Assembly: GCA_036258055.1 (NCBI GenBank)
Contig: DATAEK010000013.1
Coordinates: forward strand, 1 to 41,564
Reading direction: 5' to 3'
DNA from: Vicinamibacterales bacterium
Lineage (GTDB): Bacteria > Acidobacteriota > Vicinamibacteria > Vicinamibacterales > 2-12-FULL-66-21
Length of the DNA: 41,564 nt
Below the pieces are notes generated by a model, which saw nothing but the letters and a program-made list of their open reading frames with translations, had not been told where the DNA came from and did no database searches. The position numbers were made by a program, and so were the translations under genes. Shown here in pieces: positions 34,055 through 41,564 of the stretch. Position 1 is the first letter of the stretch; each line of letters begins with the position of its first letter.

Positions 34055-35950
34055 ATGACCCATTCGATCTCCGTCGGCATATTCAGCGTGGCCGCCGCGT
34101 GCGCATTCGCGGTGGTGCTGTCGGCAACGATCCAGCAGGAGCGCGATCGGGCCAAGATCCCGGACAAGTACAAATGGGATCTCACCAAGATCTATCCGAC
34201 GGACGACGCGTGGCGGCAGGCGAAGGAGAAGATCAAGACCGAGATTCCGAAGGTGCGCGAGTTCAAGGGCACGCTTGGCACCTCGGCGGCGCGTCTGGCC
34301 GACGCCCTCGACCTCGGCAACGAGCTGTCGAAAGAGCTCTCGCGGGCTTACGTCTACGCGAGCATGACGTCCGATCAGGACACGCGCGTCAGCACGTATC
34401 GGGGCATGCAGCAGGAGATGATCCAGATTGCCGCCTCACTCGGGGCCGAGACGGCGTTCCTCGAGCCTGAAGTCCTGAAAATCGAACCGGCGGTCATCGA
34501 CCGATTCATCGCGCAGGAGCCGCGCCTCAAGGTTTACACGGTCTACCTCAAGGACATCCAGCGCCGGCGTCCGCACACCCTCAGCGACGCAGAAGAGAAG
34601 CTGCTGGCGAGTTCTGCGGTGATGGCGAGCGGCCCGTCGAACATCTACGGCATCTTCTCCGACGCCGATTTTCCGTATCCGTCCGTGACGCTCAGCGACG
34701 GCAAGACGGCGAAACTCGACAGCGCGGCATTCAGCGTTCTTCGCGGCGTCCCGAATCGTGACGATCGTCAGAAGGTGATGTCGACGTTCTTCAACACGCT
34801 CGGCGCGTACGCGGGGACATTCGGCGCCACGATGAACGCGCAGGTGCAGTCCGACGTGTTCTACGCCCACGCGCGCAAGTACGGCAGCGCGCTCGAGTCT
34901 TCACTCGACGGCGCCAACATCCCGACCACCGTCTACATGCACCTCATCGACGGCGTGAACCGGAATCTGCCGGCGTTCCATCGGTATCTGAAGCTGCGGC
35001 AGTCGATGATGAAACTGCCGGAGCTGCACTACTACGATCTCTATGCGCCGCTCGTGAGCTCGGTGAACCTGGCGTATTCCGCTGAGGACGCCGAGAAACA
35101 CGTCATGACGGCACTGGCGCCGCTCGGTCCCGACTACGCGGCCGCAGCCAAGCGCGCCTTCTCGGAGCGCTGGATCGATTTCTACCCGAACGACGGCAAG
35201 CGCTCCGGCGCCTACTCGAATGGCGGCGCCTACGACGTCCATCCGTTCATGCTGCTGAACTACAACGGCAAGTACACTGACGTCAGCACCGTGGCGCACG
35301 AGCTCGGCCACACGATGCACAGCTACTACTCGAACAAGACGCAGCCGTACGCGACCGCGAACTACCCGATCTTCGTGGCCGAAGTGGCGTCGACCTTCAA
35401 CGAGGCGCTGCTCATCGATTACATGCTGAAGACGATTACCGACCCGGAAACCAAGCTGTCGCTCCTCGGCGACTACCTCGAAAGCATCAAGGGAACGGTG
35501 TTCCGCCAGACGCAGTTCGCGGAGTTCGAGCTGCGGGTTCACGAGATGGCGGAAAAGGGAGAGCCCATCACGGGCGAGACGCTCGACAAGCTGTACGCGG
35601 AGATCACCAGGAAGTACTACGGCCACGACAAGGGTGTCTGCACGGTCGACGACTACGTCGCGCACGAGTGGGCCTTCATCCCGCACTTCTACCGTAATTT
35701 CTACGTCTTCCAGTACGCGACCTCCTTCACCGCCTCGTCGGCGCTCTCCGAAAAGGTCAAGGCCGGCGATCCCGCGGCGACGAAGCGGTATCTGACATTT
35801 CTGTCATCCGGCGGCTCCAAGTACCCCATCGACCTCCTCAAGGACGCCGGCGTGGACATGACCACCGACGAGCCGCTTGAACTGACGGTCAAGAAGATGA
35901 ACCGCGTCATGGACGAAATGGAGAAGCTGATCGCGACACGAAAGAATTGA
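34055..35950 (+). CDS. pepF: Oligoendopeptidase F (M3B family), secreted
   Basis: 631 aa with a signal peptide and a HELGHTMH zinc-binding motif. Length and conserved blocks (YxxMQQE, FRQTQFAEFE) fit the M3B/PepF family. Confidence 0.85.
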   Translation: MTHSISVGIFSVAAACAFAVVLSATIQQERDRAKIPDKYKWDLTKIYPTDDAWRQAKEKIKTEIPKVREFKGTLGTSAARLADALDLGNELSKELSRAYVYASMTSDQDTRVSTYRGMQQEMIQIAASLGAETAFLEPEVLKIEPAVIDRFIAQEPRLKVYTVYLKDIQRRRPHTLSDAEEKLLASSAVMASGPSNIYGIFSDADFPYPSVTLSDGKTAKLDSAAFSVLRGVPNRDDRQKVMSTFFNTLGAYAGTFGATMNAQVQSDVFYAHARKYGSALESSLDGANIPTTVYMHLIDGVNRNLPAFHRYLKLRQSMMKLPELHYYDLYAPLVSSVNLAYSAEDAEKHVMTALAPLGPDYAAAAKRAFSERWIDFYPNDGKRSGAYSNGGAYDVHPFMLLNYNGKYTDVSTVAHELGHTMHSYYSNKTQPYATANYPIFVAEVASTFNEALLIDYMLKTITDPETKLSLLGDYLESIKGTVFRQTQFAEFELRVHEMAEKGEPITGETLDKLYAEITRKYYGHDKGVCTVDDYVAHEWAFIPHFYRNFYVFQYATSFTASSALSEKVKAGDPAATKRYLTFLSSGGSKYPIDLLKDAGVDMTTDEPLELTVKKMNRVMDEMEKLIATRKN

Positions 35951-35971
35951 GGCCGGGGGCCCCTCGTTTCT

Positions 35972-36182
35972 AGCCAGCGGCGCGAGCGAACAGCCTTGAG
36001 CCGCGGCGAGCGCGCAGGCGCGAGCTGCCCTGTTTGGGGGTGGGCCCCAGACAGTCTGAGAAGAAGAGCAGTCAAAGCGCCTGCGGCCGGCGCGAGGCTC
36101 GCAGTCGCCGGGCGCCGCGCGTGGGGGTGGGGCCCTACGCGCACTAAGGATGCGGGGGTGGGGCCCGCAGCAAACTGAGAAA
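35972..36182. repeat. ~200-bp non-coding repeat element, copy B (inverted relative to copy A at 16548-16748)
   Basis: The reverse complement aligns with copy A along its whole length (three GGGGGTGGGGCCC boxes: gtttgggggtgggcccc, gcgtgggggtggggccc, gcgggggtggggccc). Intergenic, between the pepF stop and the next gene. Confidence 0.8.
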
Positions 36183-36265
36183 TGCCGACGGGGCACCCCG
36201 GCTTGCGGACTCGATCGCTATATTGCGGAGCCGGAACTCGGTTACACTGTAGGCTCCTGACAGTC

Positions 36266-37351
36266 ATGAGGCGGACGGTCCTGCCGGCAGTCGCAGCGCT
36301 CCTGTTCGTGTCCCTGACGACCCCCGTCCGGGCGCAGACCCCCAGAACCTCGGCGATCACGACGCCGCCGTTCGAGTCGTTTCTCGAACAGCTCCGGCAG
36401 CAGGCAGGGATTCCGGGCCTGTCCGCGGCCATCGTGCAGAATGGCGAGATCGTCTGGGAGCGCGGTTTCGGCTTCCAGAATCAGGAGCTCCGGGCGCGGG
36501 CAACGCCCGACACGCCGTATCCGATTGGGGACCTGAGCGAGACCATCGCGGCGACCCTCCTCCTGCAATGCGTCGAGCAACGCATCCTGGATCTCGATGT
36601 GTCCGCCCGCCGCTACGGCCTGTCGATGCCGGAGGCGGATGCCACGCTGCGCAACGTTCTGAGCCACACATCGGCCGGGACTCCGGGCGACATCTTCCGC
36701 TACGACCCCGATCGCTTCGCGCAACTGGGAACGGCCGTCGAGTTCTGTGCGCCGCAGCCGTACAGGAAGAGTGTTGCGCATCGCATCCTCGATCGCCTCG
36801 CGATGAAGGACTCGGTCCCCGGGCGCGACATCCAGGGTCTGCAGAACACGCCGGACGGACTCTTCGACGCGGCGGCGCTCGAACGATACGCGCGCGTCCT
36901 CGAGCGGATCGCGGTACCGTACAAGTTGGACAAGAAGGGCCGCAGCGTCCGTTCCGACACGCCGATCGACGATCACCTCACCGCGTCGACCGGCGTCATC
37001 TCCACCGTGCGCGACCTCGCGCGGTTCGATGCCGCGCTGGACTCGACGGTGCTCCTCAACGACGACACGGTGGCGATGGCGTGGTCGAACGCCGTGACGC
37101 GCGATCGGACGACGGCGCTGCCGATGGGCCTCGGCTGGTTCGTGCAGCGCTATGGCGCCGACCCGGTGGTCTGGCACTTCGGCCTCGTGCCAAACGCCTA
37201 CTCGTCGCTCATCATCAAGCTCCCGGCCCGTCACCTGACGCTCGTTCTGCTCGCGAACAGCGACGGGCTGACCGCGCCATTCCAGATGCCTCAGGGGGAA
37301 GTCACGCGTTCGCTCTTCGCGGCGCTGTTCCTCCGCATGTTCGCCGGGTGA
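36266..37351 (+). CDS. Beta-lactamase-fold (class C/esterase-like) secreted protein, catalytic SxxK apparently not conserved
   Basis: Signal peptide and a beta-lactamase-family N-terminal block (GIPGLSAAIVQNGEIVWERGFG...YPIGDLSETIAATLL). In the position expected for G-S-x-S-K the sequence reads G-D-L-S-E, i.e. Ser->Asp and Lys->Glu. Confidence 0.55.
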   Translation: MRRTVLPAVAALLFVSLTTPVRAQTPRTSAITTPPFESFLEQLRQQAGIPGLSAAIVQNGEIVWERGFGFQNQELRARATPDTPYPIGDLSETIAATLLLQCVEQRILDLDVSARRYGLSMPEADATLRNVLSHTSAGTPGDIFRYDPDRFAQLGTAVEFCAPQPYRKSVAHRILDRLAMKDSVPGRDIQGLQNTPDGLFDAAALERYARVLERIAVPYKLDKKGRSVRSDTPIDDHLTASTGVISTVRDLARFDAALDSTVLLNDDTVAMAWSNAVTRDRTTALPMGLGWFVQRYGADPVVWHFGLVPNAYSSLIIKLPARHLTLVLLANSDGLTAPFQMPQGEVTRSLFAALFLRMFAG

Positions 37352-37361
37352 GGTCCCCTCG

Positions 37362-37976
37362 GTGGTGACCTGGCGCGCTTCGCTGGCCCTCTGCAGCCTG
37401 TTCATTCTGCTGTTCGGCGCGCCCGCGCGAGCCGAGTGGCAGTTCGCGCCCTTCATCGGCTTCACGTTCGGCGGCGACACCACCTTGCTGGACCTCGACG
37501 CCGGTGCAGACAAGAACCATTGGAACTTCGGCGGCACCGCGACGCTCCTCGGCAAAGGCCCGATCGGTGTCGAAGGTCTCTTCTCCTACACGCCTGGATT
37601 CTTCGAATCGGACGAGGCGGTCGCGCCGCCAAACACGTCACTCGTGACATCGAGTCACGTCTACGCGTTGATGGGCAACATCGTCCTCACCACGCCGGCG
37701 AGATGGAGCGAATACGGACTTCGGCCGTACGTCTCTGGCGGTGTCGGCCTGCTGCACGCCAGTCAGAGGCAGACGCAGAATGTGTTCCCGATCAGCAGCA
37801 ATCTCTTCGGATTCGACGTGGGCGGCGGCGCGGTCGGGTTCATCACGAATCGCACGGGCTTGCGGTTCGATCTCCGGTACTACAGCACCTTGCGCCGGGA
37901 CGAAGAAGCGTTCGCGTTCGGGCGCGTTCGACTCAGTTATTGGAATGCAGGCGTCGGTGTCGTCCTGAGGTATTGA
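37362..37976 (+). CDS. Outer-membrane beta-barrel protein (OmpA-like TM domain / OmpW-like)
   Basis: GTG start 11 nt after the upstream stop. Signal peptide. Alternating hydrophobic beta-strand pattern with Gly/aromatic girdle residues and a C-terminal aromatic (VGVVLRY). Confidence 0.45.
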   Translation: MVTWRASLALCSLFILLFGAPARAEWQFAPFIGFTFGGDTTLLDLDAGADKNHWNFGGTATLLGKGPIGVEGLFSYTPGFFESDEAVAPPNTSLVTSSHVYALMGNIVLTTPARWSEYGLRPYVSGGVGLLHASQRQTQNVFPISSNLFGFDVGGGAVGFITNRTGLRFDLRYYSTLRRDEEAFAFGRVRLSYWNAGVGVVLRY

Positions 37977-38022
37977 GCGCTGACGGGACGGAGGTTGTCA
38001 CGTCCTCCGTCCCTCACCGCAG

Positions 38023-38463
38023 CTACGGGCACACGCTGGCGATCATCCTCACCGACTTCACGCCGAGGTACGGCAGACCCTTCAGATCGCCCTTCACCTC
38101 AGACTTGCTTTCGGTCTTCGCTTTGTCTCCGTCTCCGACCTTGCTCTCGTTTTTCGTCTCGACCTTGATCTTCCCTTTGCCCTGATCGGCGGCCTTGCCG
38201 GTCACTTCGACCCGGTGGCCGACGTGCTTGTCGAGATCGTCGTCGTCTGCGGCAAGGAGGTAACTCCCGAGCGCACCGTCCTTGTTCGCGACGTTCGTCA
38301 ACATCAGTTCCCCGTCATTGCCGCGCTGAACGCAGCCCGTGACGGTGATGGTCTTACCGTCTTCCACGGACACTTTGGTCTGTGTCTTCTTCTCGAGATC
38401 CTGCGCGCTGGCAATCCCCAGCGCGAGGCACATAGCGCCTGCGAAACAGCCGAGCTTCTTCAT
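38023..38463 (-). CDS. Small secreted Lys/Asp-rich hypothetical protein
   Basis: ATG at 38463 preceded by a strong SD (GGAGGAGGG). Signal peptide MKKLGCFAGAMCLALGIASA. A low-complexity K/D/E/G-rich mature region; no known domain. Confidence 0.4.
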   Translation of the reverse strand: MKKLGCFAGAMCLALGIASAQDLEKKTQTKVSVEDGKTITVTGCVQRGNDGELMLTNVANKDGALGSYLLAADDDDLDKHVGHRVEVTGKAADQGKGKIKVETKNESKVGDGDKAKTESKSEVKGDLKGLPYLGVKSVRMIASVCP

Positions 38464-38526
38464 TCCTGCGCCCTCCTCCGCCCGATCAATGCAGCACACG
38501 GGCCAAGACGAGTGGAACGCAGAGCT

Positions 38527-39624
38527 TCAGCGTCGAGCTTGTTGTTTTCCCGCGAGCTGAGGAAGAGCTGCCGGTGGGGGTTCTCCACTCTCGAGACGCT
38601 CACGCAAACCAATGAGGATCCCTGGCGCCTCGTTCCGCAGTCGCCGCTGCAGAATCGATCGCACGAGACCGCCGAAGAATCCCCCGACGACGTCCACGTC
38701 CGAGCGATTGAGGTAGGTCAAGTATCGTTTCGACGGGCCATCGCGGACAATGGCCGTGATGCCGAGCGACGCGTCCATGTAATGTGTGGCGAAGATCTGC
38801 TTGCTCGCAATGACGACCTCGGGTAGTCCTTCACGATCGGGACGCACGATGCTGACCTGAGTGGCGGAGATGACCGTCTTGCGAGAGAACAGCTCCTTCG
38901 ACCAGTAGATGAACGACTCGATCGCGGGCGACTGCGAGGGGGGACGCCGGAGGTGATCGGCGAGTTGCGGAAGCTGCCGCGTCAGGAAATCGCTGCGCTG
39001 CAGGATGCCGGCGAAGGCATGCGCCGGCGAGTGCGCTGCCGACACGTCGCGCACCTCCGCAAAGCCATCGTGACCCTTTTCACCGTAGGTCTTGATGCGC
39101 TCGAAGACGATTTGACGGAACGCACGTTCAACCGCGGGCTTCCAGGCCGTACCGTGCTGTTGAATGACCGCCTGCAGACTTTCGATCTCGACGGCGGTCA
39201 GCTTGAGCGCGCACTTACCCGGCCGGCAGTTTCTGATGTCGTCGAGGTCGCCGGATTCGACGGTCAGGCTGTCGAAATCCTCGAGGCGGATGGGCGCCGA
39301 GACGCGACGGATCGCGAGCACGTACGAAGTCTTCTTCAGCGCTTCGATGCGCCGGATCCAGGCCACCAATCGATCCCCCCCGACATTCACCGGCACCGCC
39401 GCGAACACCGCGACGTCGTGTTCCTGCGCCGGCACGACTCGCGCGATGTTGCCGCCGCTGTCGAGACGCTTGCGCTCTTCGGCAGTGAGGGAAACCGCGG
39501 GTTCGAAAAACGCGAAGGGATCCGTGACCCGAGCGTGCAGCAGTGTGGCCTGGATCACCAGCAAGGCAAACAGGCCGCTCCGCATCGCCAGCCAAGATAC
39601 CTTAAGAAGCGGGTGACGGCCCAT
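38527..39624 (-). CDS. Secreted hypothetical protein
   Basis: About 365 aa from the ATG at 39624, or from 39585 with a clean signal peptide (MRSGLFALLVIQATLLHA). The 574-aa ORF extending to 40251 overlaps the neighbouring gene and is rejected. No recognised domain. Confidence 0.4.
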   Translation of the reverse strand: MGRHPLLKVSWLAMRSGLFALLVIQATLLHARVTDPFAFFEPAVSLTAEERKRLDSGGNIARVVPAQEHDVAVFAAVPVNVGGDRLVAWIRRIEALKKTSYVLAIRRVSAPIRLEDFDSLTVESGDLDDIRNCRPGKCALKLTAVEIESLQAVIQQHGTAWKPAVERAFRQIVFERIKTYGEKGHDGFAEVRDVSAAHSPAHAFAGILQRSDFLTRQLPQLADHLRRPPSQSPAIESFIYWSKELFSRKTVISATQVSIVRPDREGLPEVVIASKQIFATHYMDASLGITAIVRDGPSKRYLTYLNRSDVDVVGGFFGGLVRSILQRRLRNEAPGILIGLRERLESGEPPPAALPQLAGKQQARR

Positions 39625-39632
39625 GGCAACGG

Positions 39633-40697
39633 TTATTTGAGACGCCAGCTCAGCGCCGTCGCGGCGAGGATCCGATACGAGTACTCGTAGTAGTTCTCGA
39701 TGCGATGGAAACGCGCGGAGGCGGCGAGGATGACACCGGGAACAACCTTGAACGTGCGGGTCAGACCGACTTCGGCGTAGTCGCGTACGCCGCCGTATCG
39801 CGTGCCGTCGCGGCGGAGGGAGTGGTAGTTGCGGTCTCCCTCTTCCGTCACGAAGTCGTCCCCTCGCCACACGATAAGATGACCCCGGAAGCCGCTGTAC
39901 TCGACGGCTCCGCGCGCGAGAAACGCCGCGCCTCTCTGGGTCCTCGACGGCCGGCTGCGATCGGGCACGAATCGCGCGGCGAGACCGAACGCCTCGAGCG
40001 TCGTGATGACGCGGGCCCGCTCCTCGAAACGGATGCCGGCGGCACCGCTGAAGCTGTCCGCGACCGGGCCTGACGAGAAGAGCTGTCCACCCTGGTGGAC
40101 GATGAACAACTGGATCGGCAGCGTGAGATGCGATCCCAGCTTGAGGTCCCCGTTCATGCCCGCGTCGAACCGCTCGCGATGTTCCGGTGTGTTGACCTTC
40201 TGCCAGTCGAGCCAGATCTCGTGGCGCAGACGATTGCCTGAAAACGTCCACGCGAATCCCGCCTCGTAGGGGCGATCGAACGAGAGCGTCTCGCGCTGGA
40301 GCGGTGGCAGGAGGGCGTGGGGACCGTCGAGGTCAGGACCGCCGAGCGTGCCGGCTCGCGAAGGCGGCAGCGTCCCGAACACGAATCGCGATCGGTGGCC
40401 GCGAATCGTCAGCGCCACGATCGGCCTCACGAGCTCGAAGGCATCGTCGGATCCGAAGCGCTGATTGGCGAACACGCCGAGCTCGAGGGTGGCGCGATCG
40501 GCGATCGATGCCTCGACGCTGACGCGTGGCGCGGCGCCGAAGATTGTCTCCCCCTCACGAAACGGGTTGCGGAACTCGGTGTTGTCGCCGTAGAACAGGA
40601 TGTCGGTCCGGAGCGCCACATGATCTTGCGCCCGTATTTCCGTACTTCCGACGATTGCGATGAGAGCTGCGAGCAGCACGCCGGCGCGGCGACGCAT
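39633..40697 (-). CDS. Secreted/outer-membrane hypothetical protein (possible beta-barrel)
   Basis: 354 aa with a signal peptide (MRRRAGVLLAALIAIVGSTEIRAQD). Alternating beta-strand-like segments and a C-terminal aromatic-containing strand (ATALSWRLK). Confidence 0.4.
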   Translation of the reverse strand: MRRRAGVLLAALIAIVGSTEIRAQDHVALRTDILFYGDNTEFRNPFREGETIFGAAPRVSVEASIADRATLELGVFANQRFGSDDAFELVRPIVALTIRGHRSRFVFGTLPPSRAGTLGGPDLDGPHALLPPLQRETLSFDRPYEAGFAWTFSGNRLRHEIWLDWQKVNTPEHRERFDAGMNGDLKLGSHLTLPIQLFIVHQGGQLFSSGPVADSFSGAAGIRFEERARVITTLEAFGLAARFVPDRSRPSRTQRGAAFLARGAVEYSGFRGHLIVWRGDDFVTEEGDRNYHSLRRDGTRYGGVRDYAEVGLTRTFKVVPGVILAASARFHRIENYYEYSYRILAATALSWRLK

Positions 40698-41331
40698 GTG
40701 CCTAACGATATCGCACCGCCATTGCGCGGTCCTTCCACGCGTCGCGCTTCTTGCGGTGCTGGGGGTGAGTGTCTTCAGCTCGGTCGCGTCCGCTCAGGCG
40801 ACGACAACGCAGACACAGACTGCTCCGCCGTCGACGTCAGACGATCCGTTCGCCCGGCACGCCTGGCGCTTCGAGATCGATTCCGAAATTGCCAGCGAAG
40901 CGTGGAACTACAACGGATCGCGTGAAGAGATCTATGGCCTCGAGGCGGGCTTCGCCTACGGTCTTCACCGGGGCCTGATGCTCAGGACGACGTTTCCCGT
41001 TCGCTACATCTCGCAACGGGGGATTGACGCGCTTCAACTCAGCGCCACGTTCGGCTTCCGGGGGCGCGTCGTCGGGTCCGCCCGCGCCGCGCTGTTCTGG
41101 CAGTTCGACCTCGGCGTGTCATTCGCCGATACGCTGGCGCCCCGGCGCGGCACGAGATTCAACTACCTGGCGCTCGGCAGCGTCGGCGGAACATTCCGGC
41201 TTCGAGGCGATATCTACGGCGTGACCGCGCTCCGGCTGCTCCATCTCTCGAACGCCAGCCTCGCCGGCCCGAACAGAAATCCTGACATCGAAGCCATCGG
41301 TATCCAGGTCGGGGTGGGGTGGGGGTTCTAG
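40696..41331 (+). CDS. PagL-like lipid A 3-O-deacylase / acyloxyacyl hydrolase family outer-membrane protein
   Basis: Signal peptide followed by a small beta-barrel-like protein ending in a PagL-type catalytic motif (LHLSNASLAGPNRNPDIEAIGIQVGVGWGF, i.e. H-x-S-N). Its start codon overlaps the divergent gene's start by 2 nt. Confidence 0.5.
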   Translation: MCLTISHRHCAVLPRVALLAVLGVSVFSSVASAQATTTQTQTAPPSTSDDPFARHAWRFEIDSEIASEAWNYNGSREEIYGLEAGFAYGLHRGLMLRTTFPVRYISQRGIDALQLSATFGFRGRVVGSARAALFWQFDLGVSFADTLAPRRGTRFNYLALGSVGGTFRLRGDIYGVTALRLLHLSNASLAGPNRNPDIEAIGIQVGVGWGF

Positions 41332-41342
41332 CACCTCTTGTC

Positions 41343-41408
41343 GGTGCCTGGGTGCCTGGGTGCCAAGGGTGCGAGGGTGCGAAGGTGCTCGAGGTGCAAG
41401 GGTGCCTA
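41343..41408. repeat. Octamer-period tandem repeat tract (GGGTGCNN)n, copy 2
   Basis: tcggtgcc/tgggtgcc/tgggtgcc/aagggtgc/gagggtgc/gaaggtgc/tcgaggtgc/aagggtgc. Four GGG runs separated by 5-6 nt loops. Intergenic, between convergent genes. Confidence 0.7.
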
Positions 41409-41414
41409 AAAGGA

Positions 41415-41564
41415 TCACCCCTTGCCCTTCCTCGCCTTGAGATCCTGTTTGAATCCCTCCCTGACCTTGAACCCGTTCTTCTCTGCCAGCTTGACCTCGC
41501 GCTCGGCTTCGTCGAACCGGCCGGTCAGCATGCAGACGACGGCGAGGTTGTTGTGGACTTCACC
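41415..41564 (-). CDS. TPR-repeat protein, C-terminal fragment (gene continues beyond the window end)
   Basis: The reverse-strand translation ends ...GEVHNNLAVVCMLTGRFDEAEREVKLAEKNGFKVREGFKQDLKARKGKG*, a canonical TPR helix pair. The 5' part lies outside the window. Confidence 0.5.
   Translation of the reverse strand, partial: GEVHNNLAVVCMLTGRFDEAEREVKLAEKNGFKVREGFKQDLKARKGKG

Overview
This is a high-GC (~65-70%) window from a bacterial chromosome, densely packed with genes on both strands. I found no rRNA, tRNA, CRISPR array, transposase or integrase. Genes I could support, in order: DUF4159 and DUF1801 proteins; a stomatin-like SPFH protein with its NfeD partner; msrA; an ArnC/ArnT-like glycosylation operon (epimerase, SAM methyltransferase, GT2, GT-C membrane glycosyltransferase); a three-gene cluster of a zinc-ribbon membrane protein, a COG4260-type SPFH protein carrying a C-terminal excisionase-type HTH, and a divergent multi-zinc-ribbon (zf-TFIIB-type) protein; a GYD protein; a POTRA-only protein; msrB; an HtrA/DegP protease followed by a degenerate trypsin-fold protein; a xanthine-dehydrogenase-family molybdo-enzyme (L-S-M subunits, not a true CO dehydrogenase); a MEDS-domain protein; a YpfJ-type zinc metallopeptidase; a MATE transporter; a VOC fusion protein; a stand-alone response regulator; a bactofilin; a secreted PI3K/PI4K-like atypical kinase-fold protein; a penicillin-acylase-family Ntn hydrolase adjacent to a secreted MBL-fold (lactonase-like) hydrolase; a long flotillin divergent from a sigma-54 enhancer-binding protein; a secreted PepF (M3B); a beta-lactamase-fold protein; several secreted or outer-membrane hypotheticals; a PagL-like outer-membrane deacylase; and a partial TPR gene. 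The strongest candidates for undescribed biology are: (i) the SPFH-HTH / zinc-ribbon module; (ii) a flotillin apparently under a PspF-like sigma-54 activator; (iii) three different SPFH-family systems within about 33 kb; (iv) two families of non-coding repeats, namely a ~200-bp element with GGGGYCCCACCCCC boxes present twice in inverted orientation (one copy inside the molybdo-enzyme operon) and octamer-period (GGGTGCNN)n tracts at two intergenic sites; (v) a ~108-bp AT-rich near-perfect palindrome downstream of the glycosylation operon; (vi) a possible quorum-quenching acylase + lactonase pair; and (vii) a secreted PI3/4-kinase-like protein.
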